A stretch of 64,000 bases of DNA. Source: Psammoneis japonica (Eukaryota). The notes under the pieces are model-generated. The model did not search any database. It saw only the letters and a list, made by a program, of their open reading frames with translations, and was not told where the DNA came from. This document shows, piece by piece, positions 35,683-49,000 of this stretch. Within the stretch, counting starts at the first letter, position 1. Each line of letters starts with the position of its first letter. Position numbers and translations under genes: made by a program. The stretch lies in assembly GCA_008632985.1 (NCBI GenBank), contig QPGO01000088.1, positions 62,001 to 126,000 on the forward strand. Direction: 5' to 3'.

Positions 35683-37718
35683 ATCATGACGTTTCGCGTC
35701 GCGCGGGACTGGGACAAGACACACCGCACTGCACCCGCCAGGCACAGCTGGCTCCTCCACATGCTCCAGCTGCACTGCGACACAGCGCACAGGCGTGGTG
35801 GGAAGAGTGGAGAGCAGGCACATGCAACATCCAGCCAGCACAGAGCTGCCAGAAGCAGAGCAGTGAGCAGCCCAGCCAGCTGGAAACAGACAGATGGGAG
35901 CAACAGCTTTGGCAGCCATTGTCGATGCCAGCCAGCGGCAATTTGCAGCAGCCCATCACAAAAAGAAAGAGGGCAGCTCTCAGGAAGAACTTGTTGTTCT
36001 TGCCATGCCTTGCACACAATCTGAAGCTGCTTTCTGATGGAAAACATGGCAGCTTCAGTCTTGCTGCTGCACACATCTAAAGTCACATCCTTCGCATCAT
36101 CATGTCTCTCAAGCAGTGCACAGCTCCCCACAGGCTGCTGGGCTCTCTGCACAAGGAGAAGAAGGTGCACGCTCTCACTGTCTCTTTGGTGTTCATCAAG
36201 TGGCCTTTTCATTGCTGGTGCCCTTTGGGCATGCAACTTTTCTTGGGTGCTTGTTGCGGCCACTGTGGCAAGAAGGAATCTGGCGCACACTCCAGCTCTG
36301 CCTTGCACTGTGCCGCACTGTGGCATGAAAGTCTTTTTGACCATGCCACATGTTGTGCACATGCATTTCTGTGTGTGATCCACTGTGAAATTGTTCTGCA
36401 CTTCCTGTTTTGTGAAGCCAAAGGTTCTCCATTTTCTTCATTTGTGAAAGCAAAAAAAGTGCTGGGCGTGCTCTTCAACGTGTGAAGAGTGTGCCTGGGC
36501 AAGCTGGGAATCATGTGCTTCAAGCGAGGACTTTTTCTGTTGGCGGCCATTTGCATGATGTTCATTGCTGGACAATTTTGCTGTGGAGCTTGCATGAAGA
36601 ATTCTGTGGGCCTGGTGTTGCGCGCAGCCCCGCCTGGGTCCAGGGTGCATTGTCTGTTGTTGTGTCAATGTGCTTGCCTGCACCCATCATGTGTGTTGTG
36701 CTTTTCTGGCAAAGCTCAGCCAGCAGAGCCATCAGCACTTGTCGTTTCATTGTCATTGCAGAAAGTGCCCCACAATGCAATTTGCACCTTTGGCAGAAAG
36801 CTGAGTCCTTGACAAACCATGTTCTTCAAGACTGGGGTGAGTTCCGCAAGATCTTGTGATTTTCCATGACAGAGGAGAAGTCCACCCTTGGCATCTGCAG
36901 CTGCCTGCTGCAAACTGCACTGCATGCCCAGTTTCTCACCCAAGTTTCTGCCACTCCAATGCCGACAGCCGCCCAGTTCATTGTCATCTTCTCTCTTCCC
37001 CTTGTTCCTCATGCAAAGTGCAGACAAGGTTTTTGTGGTGCAGCAGCGTGCAGTTGTTTCCATTTTTGAATTGCTCATTGTGGCCAGTGCTTGCTTTCCT
37101 CTTGTCTTTCTGTTGAACAGTTTTCAACAACTTCTCATTCATTGTGATGTGCTGGTGGGCCGCTTGCTCCCAGAGGCAGCAGGTGCGCAAATTGTCTGTT
37201 GTCATTCTCATGTGCACATTTGCACACCACACAGCAAACACAGGAATGACAAAACAACTCTGTGCATCAGGTGACAACAAATGATTTGTGCGCCTCTCTG
37301 GTCATTCACTCCAGTTTTGAGCAAGTTTCTGGACAGACGCTGGCTGTCCAAAGAAACTCTGTCCTCTCCAGTGCATTTTTGGGTTTTGCCAGCAATTGCG
37401 AGCACCTTCATTTTTGCACAAGAAAACAGTTGAGCTCATCTTCTGTGTCTGCCCCTTGCCCCCTGCCTGACCTGACCCCCAGGACTGGAGAAAGATGGGT
37501 GAGACATCTGGGTTTGGGGCTGACCACTTCCAAAATGACCAAACATTTGCAAGAAGTTTTTGGACATGAAACAGCGCTCAATGATCTTTGAAGGCTTCAG
37601 GACCTCACATGCATTGCTCTGCAAACAATGCAAAACACACCAAATTTTGCCACTGCCTGTGACCGACGACCGACGCGTGGTGCATCGCATTCGGCAGGTC
37701 GCGACACTCGACAGATGT
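35683..37718 (-). mobile_element. Decayed transposon, possibly MULE/MuDR-like
   Basis: One TA in ~2 kb. Minus-strand fragments TTDNAPWTQAGL..P...CKLH and FTVD...CMCTTC....MPQC resemble the MULE D...CxxH motif and a SWIM finger. No terminal inverted repeats seen. Confidence 0.45.
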
Positions 37719-38287
37719 TAGCTGTCCAAAGCAATTCTCTGTCCTTTGTCGTGGAGCGAGGTCAGAATACAGCAGAGTCTGTCCACCGGTGCAGTGCTGG
37801 CAGAGAGCGATGAAAGGGAACCACAGCAAACGCCCTGATTGACAGACTGTACCAGTACAAATTCTACACCAGATTTTCTTTGGACATAAGCTGTCCAGAG
37901 TCATCCCACAGCTTGAGAGGTCTGCACCACTATCCCCCGTTGATCATGAACACATACACCGTTGCATCGACAGACTCTCTCTGCCACTAGCTAGCTAGCT
38001 AGAGAGAGAGAGAGAGGCGTCGTTATTGTAGGTAAACACGTGCTGTGATTGGGGTCAGCTCTTTGTGGAAACACATTGATAGTAACATACTCGTTCCTTC
38101 AGTTTATCGAAAGGCTGATTGTAAGCAAGTCTCTACTGTACAGATACGGGACAGCTAAGAACGGTTGAACCCAGTACCGTGAGGTGGTAGCAGGTTTGCT
38201 GGTTAATTGTTGGCGGTCCCGCCTGTGTGATCTGTTTGTTTCCAAGTTGATAATTCAGCGGACACCTTGCAGCTACTTTCATAGACT

Positions 38288-39951
38288 ATGGAGGTAAATC
38301 CCGATACGTGCGATTGGTCTCACGCTGCTTCGGAATCGGCGGCTCAGGCGAAAGAAGCTCTCAAGGCGTCTTTGGGTATGAACGGCGCTAGTGACCCTGT
38401 CCCTACTGACGACGAAAAGAAACCGCCTCCCGTGGAACCGAACAGATCGACGCCACACCAAAACGATTCTAATGATATGGCTAAGAAGTATACACGCAGG
38501 GAACCGAGTGGCACAAACAACCATCACGAAAACGTGTCTATCCGCCGTGCGCATTCCGACATCAACACATCGAGGCGTACTGTCGACACCAAGGTAGTAC
38601 GTGCATCGCAGTCTCTAGATCAGGCATTTTGTGAGAGGAAACTAGACAAGTATGGGTTCATCATCAACATGGATGATCAGGGAAATCTGTTTGACGACAT
38701 GGAATCGGAACGGATTCCCACGTTTGCCGAGGCGCAGAGAACCGAGCGCCGGGAACAAAAATGGAATGACTTGCTCTCGTCTTGGAATAAGAAGACAATA
38801 AAAAGGAAAAAACTGCTGAAGCGTCTTCGTAAGGGAGTGCCAGACAGCTTGAGGGGAACGGTGTGGTGTCATCTGGCTAACGTTCCAAACAAGATCAACG
38901 TAGAGAAGAAGGGATATTATGACAAGTTGGTGCTCGAGGCAACGAGACACTCGTTTGGCGAAGATGAAGATTATGGAAACGAGCAAATGAATGAGCTGGA
39001 GGATGCCAATGCAACTATCCAAAAGAGCTTTAGGGCCACGCAAGATACTATTGAACGGGATATACACCGGACATTCCCACGCCATCACCTATTTCAACAA
39101 GATTCAGATGCCGAGGACTCTGACGATGATGTTCTTTCGGGCTTGTGCGATGCTGAAGTATCTTCTTGGATTGCCAAACTCGAAAAGCATGACTCTGTAG
39201 AAGAGCTAAGGAATTACGAAAACTCCGATGTTACGCCGATCAACGCCGCTCTAGCACGAGGCGGACAAGCACAGCTGCGACGAGTTCTACGAGCCTACAG
39301 CTTACACGACACCGAGGTGGGGTATTGTCAAGGAATGAATTTCATTGCTGCCACTTTTCTCACCTTTATGTCCGAAGAAGAAGCATTTTGGTTATTGGTT
39401 GGTATGTCAGTGTTCATTACTTTGTTCAGAGCGTTTGCTCTGTTTCCGATGCGTTGTTTCTCACTGTGTTTGTTCCTTCTCAAACCGCAGCCACTATGAA
39501 CGATCCACCTGGTCAGATGCGAGGAATGTTCGGCAGGGATATGCAAGCAGCGCACCAGGTATTGTATGTGGCTGACAAACTTGTTCAGCAGTTTCTACCT
39601 CGTCTTGCCCGGCATTTGGAGAAGGAGAACATCCACATCACCATGTATGCAACGCAATGGTTTTTGACATTGTACACGAGCTCTTTTCACTTTGATTTAG
39701 TGACTCGCGTATGGGATTGTTTCCTTGCCGAGGGATGGAAGATCGTCTACCGCGTCATGCTAGCACTCATGACGTTTTCACAACAAACCCTGGAGACGCT
39801 TAGCTTTGAAGACATTTTGGCTTATTTTCGCGATCTTCCCGATGTGGTTTCCGGCGACAAAATCATGGACATGGCCCTGAAGATAAACCTTAAGCGCAAA
39901 CACATTGCCAGGTATGAGAAGGAGTGGGTGGCGAATAACCAACGACGATAA
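38288..39951 (+). CDS. TBC-domain Rab GTPase-activating protein; intron 39402-39490
   Basis: KGVPDSLRGTVW, IERDIHRTFP (Arg finger), GYCQGMNF (Gln finger), EEEAFW, YATQWFLTLY, RVWDCF. Confidence 0.92.
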
Positions 39952-40092
39952 CCTCTTCACGCGTTTCCGTTTCGGTCGTGCTCACGTCTCCTGACATACT
40001 TTATGAGTAGATTTTCCTCGAGGGCAGCTACTAGATTATTTATGTTTGAACTCTACTGTAGGTAACAAGTTCTAACTCTACTATTATTTGTA

Positions 40093-43000
40093 TTATACAG
40101 TAACAGGGAGATCACGGCAGTCATCCCTTGCGTTCTTATGAATTGTTCCCATCAGTGGTTCATTCCTTCTCTGTCCGTTGTCATCGGCGTTCTCAAGCGG
40201 CTCGAAAAGTTCCCGTGCTTCCCTTTCAATGCATTCCAACATGTCCAAACAAGTTTCCTTGTATCCCTCAACTCCATGGTCAGTCATCAGGAGAGCTCGT
40301 TGAAGCGCCTCGGCACTTGCATGAAGCAAGCTCAATGCACGAATCCTCCCCCTCTCGTTTGGGCTAGTCTCGACAACCATCACTGCCATCGCCCATAGAC
40401 TTAGCGCCGAGGCCCGCTCCAGGCCAACACAAACTCTAGCATTCATGGCGGATCCTCTACCAGATGGATTAAACTGAACCATTGGCAGACTCATGGAGGC
40501 GGGCGCAGCCTCTTCCTTGCAGGCGTTCCTTGCCGTGAGAAGAGTTGACAGGAGATTAAGAGCCTTTTCGTTCTTTCCGAGCTCGTTGAGGCACCTTGCA
40601 ACTGCACACGCAGTTGGCAGAACGTTGGGATGGTCGATAGTCCGAGATTGCGTCCAGCCCCTGAGAGCACGCTGGTAGTGCTCGTATGCGGAAGTCCACA
40701 TGTACCTACTCTTTCGCTCATTCTTGATCGTCGGTCCAGATGATTCATGAGAGCTTCCTTCCATGAGAGCGAGGCAGTTGGCCAGAACAGATATCGAATC
40801 GCCCACAAGGCAATGATTGAGCAGCGTAATCTCGTGATTCCTCCCCACAAGATCTAGAAATTCTCGCTTCAGCAGGCGACGAAGGACCGAGACGAATGCT
40901 CGCAATGAAGATAAGTTCTTTAAACCAGTTTGATCCCGAAACGTGACGGCGTCAACGAGGGAGCCTGACATGAATCGATGTCGAGCAGACAGAAATAGTC
41001 TTTCTTGCCGAGAGAGAAAAGTCGCCACCCGTTCACAAGCTCTGCTCGCAATCCTGGTTGCTTCTGAGTGTCCTGAAATACTCGTCAGAGCTGCTGAAAG
41101 GTCAAGCATCGCCGAAAGAGTCATGGGATGACAAAGTGGCAAGTGATGCTCACATCGTGCGACTAAAGCACGAAGAATATCAACGGACTTAAAACCATCA
41201 CCACGCTCCATGTGTAGACAAGCAATTCGAGACATAATGTCGTACGGGCGTTCCGTAGTTCGATCAAGCATGCTACTTGACCCGTACTCCAGCCAACCCA
41301 TCATTCCCACTGAAATTGCTTGATTCGCAATGTCAAGACATCGTGCAAGCGCCATCTCACACCTATTCAAGTCCAACTCGGCTCCTTGACAAGACTTGTT
41401 CCCTTTGTTTCTAGACGCACGAAACTTCGAAAGAAAGTATATACCATAGAAAGTAGCTAGGTCGCGAGGATTGTGGTGAGCGTCTTTTGAAGCAAACGTT
41501 GTGATGGCGTTCACTACGTCATCTAGTGAGAAATCTTCCTTTTCTCTGGATCTTGCCAAGGCTATAGCAGCAGTGTTGGCGACAACGCCCGTTGAAGGAA
41601 CCAACGATGGACGTTGCTTTACCTTCTGCGTTTCTGTCGACGCAATATGCATCATGCCAGCATCTCCTGTTGTAGAATCATCACTAGGCTTATAACTGGT
41701 TCTGGAAGATGCTGCAACAGCAGCGGCGGCGATGCCACCAATCGGGGGGTCGGTGCGACGGTGGAAGTTATTGGAACCGAGAGCTTCCTCCGACGGAACA
41801 CCGTTTTCCTTCAGTCTCTTATGACGAGATGCCGCTGCTGCGGCAGCTGCAGCAATACCCCCGCCAGCGAGAAAGGGAGGTGCGGCAGAACCAAGATCTT
41901 CCTGTTGCTTCTTAATCATCTTTTCTGTAGATGCTTCAGTGATTTCAACTCGCGATTTCGCGTCGTCGGGCTTTCGTGAAGCCTCCTCATCCTCCTTCTC
42001 CTTGGGAGGTGAAGTCAAAGCGGCAGTAGCAACACCCGAAGGAGCACACGGTGATGATTGCTTTCCCCTTGGTACTTTCGATGCAGAATTTACGTCATCA
42101 GCACTTTCATGATCGAGAGGTTTCTTCTTAACTTTCAAACGTAAAGCTGCTGCCGCTGCAGCAGCCGCCGCTATACCCCCCGCCTGCGGGTTTGGATGAC
42201 GGTTGACATCAACAGCAGTGTTGGCGCCTGTCGGTGACACATGCTCCGACACAATTTCCTTGACACCACTGGTGTCGTCATCACAAGGCTTCTTCTTGGC
42301 TTTCAAACGTGCCGCTGCTGCAGCGGCAGCCGCTATACCGCCAACCGCGGGTTCTGGGCTACGACGAAAGTCATCGGAAGCTTCCTCAGACGGACCAACA
42401 CTTTCCTTCTGTCTATTCATGCGCGATGCCGCCGCTGCTGCGGCAGCAGCCGCAATGCCCCCGCCAGAGATTACGGGGGGAAGGGCAGAAAGTAGGTCAC
42501 CCTGTCGCTCGCCAACAGTCACTTCTTCTGAGATTCCAGTACGTGACATCGCATCGTCGGGCTCTAGTGCTGCTTCACCCTTCGCTGTGGAAGGTGGGGC
42601 GATAGCGGCAGCAACAGCATCGGTGCCTGAAGGATCACGCGTTAACGCATGCGTTGGTTTTGACGCAACACCCTCGACACCATTGTTTTTGTCATCATGA
42701 GGCTTCTTCTCAGCTTTCAAACGAGCCGCTGCTGCAGCGGCTGCCGCTATGCCACCAACCGGGGGATGTGGGCGATGTCGAATGCCATCGGAATCTGAAG
42801 CTCCTTCAGAAGAATTAATATGATGCGTCTTTGCTCTCAAACGTGCATTTGCTGCCACCGCTGCAGCAGCCGCTATACCCCCAAGCGGTGGGTTTGGATG
42901 ATGATTGACATCATCGGAACCCGAAGCATCTTCAAACGGATTCAAAGCCTCCCGCTCTACGGCGGGTGGCGAGATAACGGCAGTAGTGATAGCGGTCGCC

Positions 43001-46000
43001 GAAGGACCCATCGGTGACTCATGCGTTGCTTTCGGTGGTTTCCACGCAACATCCTCGACACTAATGTGTTCATCATCACGAGTCTTCTTCTTGGCTTTCA
43101 AACGTGCCGCTGCCGCCGCTGCTGCAGCCGCCGCTATACCCCCAACTGGCGGGTTTGCAAGATGGTTGTCATCGACAGCATTGGTAACGGTTGCTGAAGG
43201 ATACATCGGTGACGCATGCGTTGCTTTCTGTAGTTCCGACGCAACATCCTCGGCACCATTGTTTTCATCATCGCGAGGATTCTTCGTGTACTTCAAGCGC
43301 GCAGCCGCCGCAACGGCAGCCGCTATACCACCTACCGGGGGCTCTGGGCTACTACGAAAGCCATCGGAATCGGAGGCTTCTTCAGACAGATTTACCCTTT
43401 CCTTTTGTCTGTTTATACGCGAAGCCGCCGCTGCTGCGGCAGCTGCAGCAATGCCCCCGCCAGAGATAAACGGAGGCGGGGCAGAACATAGATCTTCCTG
43501 TCGCTCTTCCGCAGAAGCTTCTTCTGCTACCTTCGAGAATCCAGTACCTGACATAGCATCGTTGGGCTTTAGTGACGCCTCGTCCTTCACTTTGGAAGGT
43601 GACGCGAAAGCGGCAGCAACGGCACCTGAAGAAAAACGCGGCGACTCATGCGACGCACAATCCTCGTTTTCTGCATTGTGTTCGGTTTCAAGAGGACTCG
43701 TCATGGCGTTCAAGCCCGACGCTGCTAAAGCAGGCGCTATACCCCCAACCGGTGCGTGTGGACGTCTGTGGACATCATTGAAACCCGAAGCAACTTCAGA
43801 CGTATTACCAGTTTCCGTCTCTATATTCAGACATGATTCCGAATCTGCTACAGATACCGAAGCAATATCCGCTCTTTCAGCGGAACTTCGATCTTCAAGT
43901 CGCTCTTTATCCATCGGTCTGGTTACCGGTTCAGAGACTCCGAAAGTTGGTTTCGCATCGTTAACTAGTTGCAAAACCTCCTCCTGAGACCGCGCAGCGG
44001 TAGTATCAGCGATGACACCCACTGAAGTAGCCAGCTGTGGCGATTCCGTTTCGTTCGGCGCTTCGGTTGAAACGGTATCTTCGTCAAGATAGTTTCCGTG
44101 ATAAGAACCGTTGCCGTCATCAGCGCATGACGCATCATCAGGCGCCTCAGCAATGTCGCCAACAGAGGAAATAGGAAGGGGACTTGTAATTCGAATGTCC
44201 TGTCGCTCTCCGGAAGCTTCCGCTCGAGATTCAGACTTAAGCAGATGTTCTTGATTCGAAACGCTTTTATCACAGTCCTCTTTCTCGGCGACCGGATCCA
44301 TTTGATCGTGCTCGTCGTTTCCCTCCGCCGTCAATTCACCGGCACAATCTTTGTTACCGACAGTTGACAATTGCGCAGTTAGGTCGAATTCTTCAACTTT
44401 GTCGTTCGTAAGCGAAGGCATAGCCACGGTGGGTTTGTCTATATACGCCTCGTGCTCCGATATAGCGGCTGCCACATTCTGGCTCTCTTCCAAAGTAGTA
44501 TTGAAATTATTCTCCTTCATACGATCCGCCAAAACAGCAGTAACGGGTGACATCTCGGCAATATCATTGCTCGAGAAATCGCGGTCACCGGACTGCAGGG
44601 GAGTTTTGTCTTCAGAGGATTGTTCAAAAGACTTTTCAGCCGCCTCCCGCGAAGCACTGGTCCCCTGTTCTTTAGCAGCGCCAGGCGTTCCAAGAAGTGC
44701 CCGCCTCACCTCAGAAGAGGAAGTGAAAAGATCTGTACTGGCCACATCGGCAGAGGTCCTTGATTCTTCTGAATTTTCCTCTTGAATGTCACCTCGCTTC
44801 TGACGTTGGCAAGACGCTTCGGACGTATTCATCGCTCCGCTTTCTTCTTTTCCTCCAGCGTCGGGTTCGAAAACAGTGCTTGTCTCCGCAGAGGATTTGC
44901 TTTGTATCATCCCAGCATCTGTGACAAAGTCGAATGCATCATAGTTTCCATCAAATCGTGACGCCAAGTCAGTCGAATCTCCGCTAATATCTTTGTCCAC
45001 ACATTCAAAGGACGAGGAAGAAGTTTTTGAATCCTCGTCGTCCGTTTTTGGCTGTACCGCTGTTTCATCTATGGCATAAAGTTCTTGCTCTTCTAGTTTG
45101 CTTTCTTCTAACTTTTGCACCCCCTCGTCGGAATCAGTCTCGTCGTGCTTTTCGTAAGCATCATAAAACGAATCGTCTGATTCGAACGTTGCCTCAGCTT
45201 CTTTACTGACACTTTCACCCCCGCCTCTGATTCGAGCTATTTCATCTTCACTGACTTTATCATCTGACATAAGTGATTCGTCAAGAGCGCCGGAGGTAGG
45301 AGTCTCACGGATATGGCTCGACGAAGCGACAGCGGCTGCCGCCACACCGATACCTTTGAGGGACGGAGTCGTTGCATCCTGATTTTCGTTGCGCTTTCGA
45401 GCCGCGGCCGCCGCCGCAGCAGCGATTCCTCCGCCAAGAGACAGGGTCGGTACTGAATCCATATTTTGCTGATCTTCTTGGCGCTTTCGAGACGACGACG
45501 CCGCAGCAGTGGCGGCGGCGGCAATACCTCCACTGAGAGGCAGAGTCGGTGCTGAATCCGTGTTCTGCTGATCTTCTTTCCGCCTTCGAGACGACGTTGC
45601 CTTCGCCGCCGCTGCAGCAGCGATGCCTCCACCAAGGGACGAGGCCGGTGCTGAATCCGTTTTCTTCTTATCTTCTTTGAGCTTTCGAGACGCCGCCGCC
45701 GCAGCAGCAGCAATCCCTCCACCGAGAAGAGTCGGTGCGTTCTGGTTTTCGTCGCGCGTTCGAGACGCCGCTGCCGCAGCAGCTGCGATGCCTCCACCAA
45801 GAGACGGGGTCGGTTCTGAATCCGTGTTCTGATCTTCGTCGCGCTTTTGAGACGCCGCTGCAGCAGGAGCAATACCTCCACAGAGAGACGGAGTCGCTGC
45901 GTTCTGATTTTCGTCGCACTTTCGAGACGCCGCCGCCGCGGCAGCAGCGACACCCCCACCAAGAGACGGGGTACGCATTGAATCCGTGTTCTGATCTTCT

Positions 46001-49000
46001 TTGCGCTTTCGGGACGCTGTCGTCGCAGCAGCAATACCTCCATCGAGAGGCGGAGCCGGTGCGTTCTGACTTTCGTCACGCTTTCGAGACGCCGCCGCTG
46101 CAGCGGCAGCAGCAGCGATACCTCCACCAAGAGACGGGGTCGGTGCTGAATCCGTGTTCTGCTGATCTTCTTTGCGCTTTCGAGACGCCGCCGCTGCCGC
46201 CGCAGCAGCAATACCTCCACCGAGAGGCGGAGTCGGTGCGTTCTGACTTTCGTCGCGCTTTCGAGACGCCGCCGCTGCAGCGGCAGCAGCAGCGATACCT
46301 CCACCAACAGACAGGGTCGGTTCTGAATCCGTGTTCCGCTGATCTTCTTTGAGCTTTCGAGACGCCGCCGCTGCTGCAACAATACCTCCACCGAGAGGCG
46401 GAGTCGGTGCGTTCTGACTTTTGTCGCGCTTTCGAGACGCCGCCGCTGCAGCGGCAGCAGCAGCGATACCTCCAACAAGAGACGGGGTCGGTGCTGAATC
46501 CGTGTTCCGCTGATCTTCTTTGCGCTTTCGAGACGCCGCCGCTGCTGCCGCAGCAATACCCCCACCGAGAGGCAGAGTCGGTGCTGAATCCGTTTTCTGC
46601 TGATCTTCTTTCCGCCTTCGGGACGACGCTGCCTTCGCCGCCGCTGCCGCAGCAGCAGCGATGCCTCCACCAAGGGACGAGGTCGGTGCTGAATCCGTGT
46701 TTTGCTGATCTTCTTTGAGCTTTTGAGACGCCGCCGACGCCGCAGCAGCAGCAATCCCTCCGCCGAGAAGAGTCGGTGCGTTCTGGTTTTCGTCGCGCTT
46801 TCGAGACGCCGCTGCCGCTGCCGCAGCAGCTGCGATGCCTCCAACATGAGACGGGGTCGGTTCTGAATGCGTGTTCTGATCTTCGTCGCGCTTTTGAGAC
46901 GCCGCTGCAGCAGTAGCAACACCTCCGCCGAGAGACGGAGTAGCTGCGTTCTGATTTAAGTCGCACTTTCGAGACGCCGCTGCCGCGGCAGCAGCAGCGA
47001 TACCCCCACCAAGAGACGGGGTACTCACTGAATCCGTGTTCTGATCTTCTTTGCGCTTTCGGGACGCTGCCGCAGCAGCAGCAGCAGCAATACCTCCACC
47101 GAGAGACGGAGTCGGTGCGTTCCGACTGTCGTCGCGCTTTCGAGACGCCGCTGCTGCGGCAGTAGCAGCAGCGATACCTCCACCAAGAGACGGGGTCGGT
47201 GCTGAATTCGAGGTCTGATCTTCTCCACGCTGTCGAGATGCCGCCGCCGCCGCAGCGGCTGCAGCGATACCTCCACTGACAGAGGGAATCGGCGGCCGTA
47301 GCGAACCCTTCTCCGTTCCGTGTGTTTCCTTTGGGTGAGCGGGGCGTGCTATTGAACAAGCTGCCGCTCGATCGTCATCACGGGAGGCAGTGCTGCTAGG
47401 CTGTTTCATCTGAGCATCACGATGCTCGTGGTATGCAGCAGCGGGCGCTTGCTCAACGTCGGAAGAAAACTGAACCGAGGAGTCACGTGGCTCTTCATTT
47501 TCTTTCACGCAAAGATCTGTGGCAGGAAGGTCTTTGTTATTTGCCCTGCCACCACGCGACTTCTGAGACGTCGATGAGGCGGTATGGTCCGAATCTTGCC
47601 GTGCCTGCTCTTTGCTGGCATCTTGGTACATCATTACAACATTTTCAATCAAGCGTTCTACGCCATGACAACTGTTTTCTTTGTTTCGATCGTCTGATAT
47701 GGCAACGGAGCTGCTCTTCAAGGTAGGATGCAGCCTGCCGCAAAACGAGTCAGCTTCTACAATGTCGCGATGCAGCTCGTACCCTTCATGTCCAAGGACA
47801 CCGAAAAACTGAGCCAATTGCAGTTGGATCTCTACACCGGGATTTAAAATTATACGTAATGAGCGGGCCCACTATGAAGCTATGAAACCATATCGAGAAG
47901 AATCACTTACCAGCTAACATCCCATCCTTGAGACGCAAGTTCACTAACAAATGCCTATACCCTGTCGGAAGATTAGAAGGCAATATCGTCCCAACCGGCG
48001 ACAACCCAAAGAGGTTTCTTATTCGTACAACACGAAGGTGACGCCTGTCTTCTTTCAATTCGCCGCCTTTGATATCGTTCTCACTTTCAATGCAGATTTC
48101 ATTCAGCATGGACAAGGCACAAACCAGCGAACCTTCTTCGGGAAATACAAACTGGGCGCGGAGAACGTCCTTTACTTGGGAAGCATCTCCGTTGTATTTT
48201 CTATTTGCTTTTGTTTCGATAGCCGAAACGGTCTTTATTCCAACGGTGAATGATACGCTTAGCATCGTTGAGCTACCGGACTCGTCTATTGAATTCAGAG
48301 CATCAACGTTATGTCTCGCAAAAGACGCCATCTTCTCGATCAAGCTTAAAAAATGAGGTTTGTTTACCTCTGCCAGCTTTACGAGTTCGCAGGGAGTAAT
48401 GGAACTTCCTTGTGGCGTCTCATGTCTGAGAGATTGAAAGTTGTCGGTATCCGGTTCTGCAACTTCCGCATTACTCAGAATACCCCCATTGCTCTCCGTA
48501 CATGTATTGTGAAAGGAACCGATGCCTGTAAGATACGTCGAAATTGAGGGGAGCTCCCTTGCGCTTGATCGCGGCATAAACCCACTCAAGCTGTAAGGCC
48601 CAACGGATGCCTCAGGTTCAGGGGATTCAATAGAAAGCAAATGCCCTCTTTCCAGACTGTGACTGCGGATACTCCCGTACATGCTTCTGGTCGAAGACGA
48701 CCTAGTCGAGCTAACCTTGTAATCATCCAAGAACTCATTGACCCTGACTTGGTGGGTGCCTGGGCGTAACGTCATGTCATTCATAATCTCTGAATGCTTC
48801 CAAAATGCGACAATCTGACGCCATCGTAAAGATCCGTGAAAGCTTAGAGACGCCGAAAGATCCGGTGTAGAAATGTCCGAAAGGAAATCAAGCTCTGCCA
48901 ATGAGGAGAAACTGTAAAGAGCCACTTCAAAAGACTTCGAATCGCGTTCCTGAAGCATCTCCCCGAACGAGACTGGTTCGACCGGTGTCTGTATCGTAGA

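Noticed and set aside
45330..47290. CRISPR-like regular repeat
   Set aside because: Units are in-frame coding, the intervening parts are related to each other, no cas genes are present, and the context is eukaryotic.
45237..47359. Long alternative-frame ORFs (561 aa, 427 aa, poly-Cys/Arg/Leu) over the tandem array
   Set aside because: Shadow frames of the GC-rich poly-Ala repeat.
40093..47817. Treating the 2574-aa ORF as a separate gene
   Set aside because: It starts at TTG, and a canonical intron links it in frame to the upstream ORF, completing the EIQ motif.
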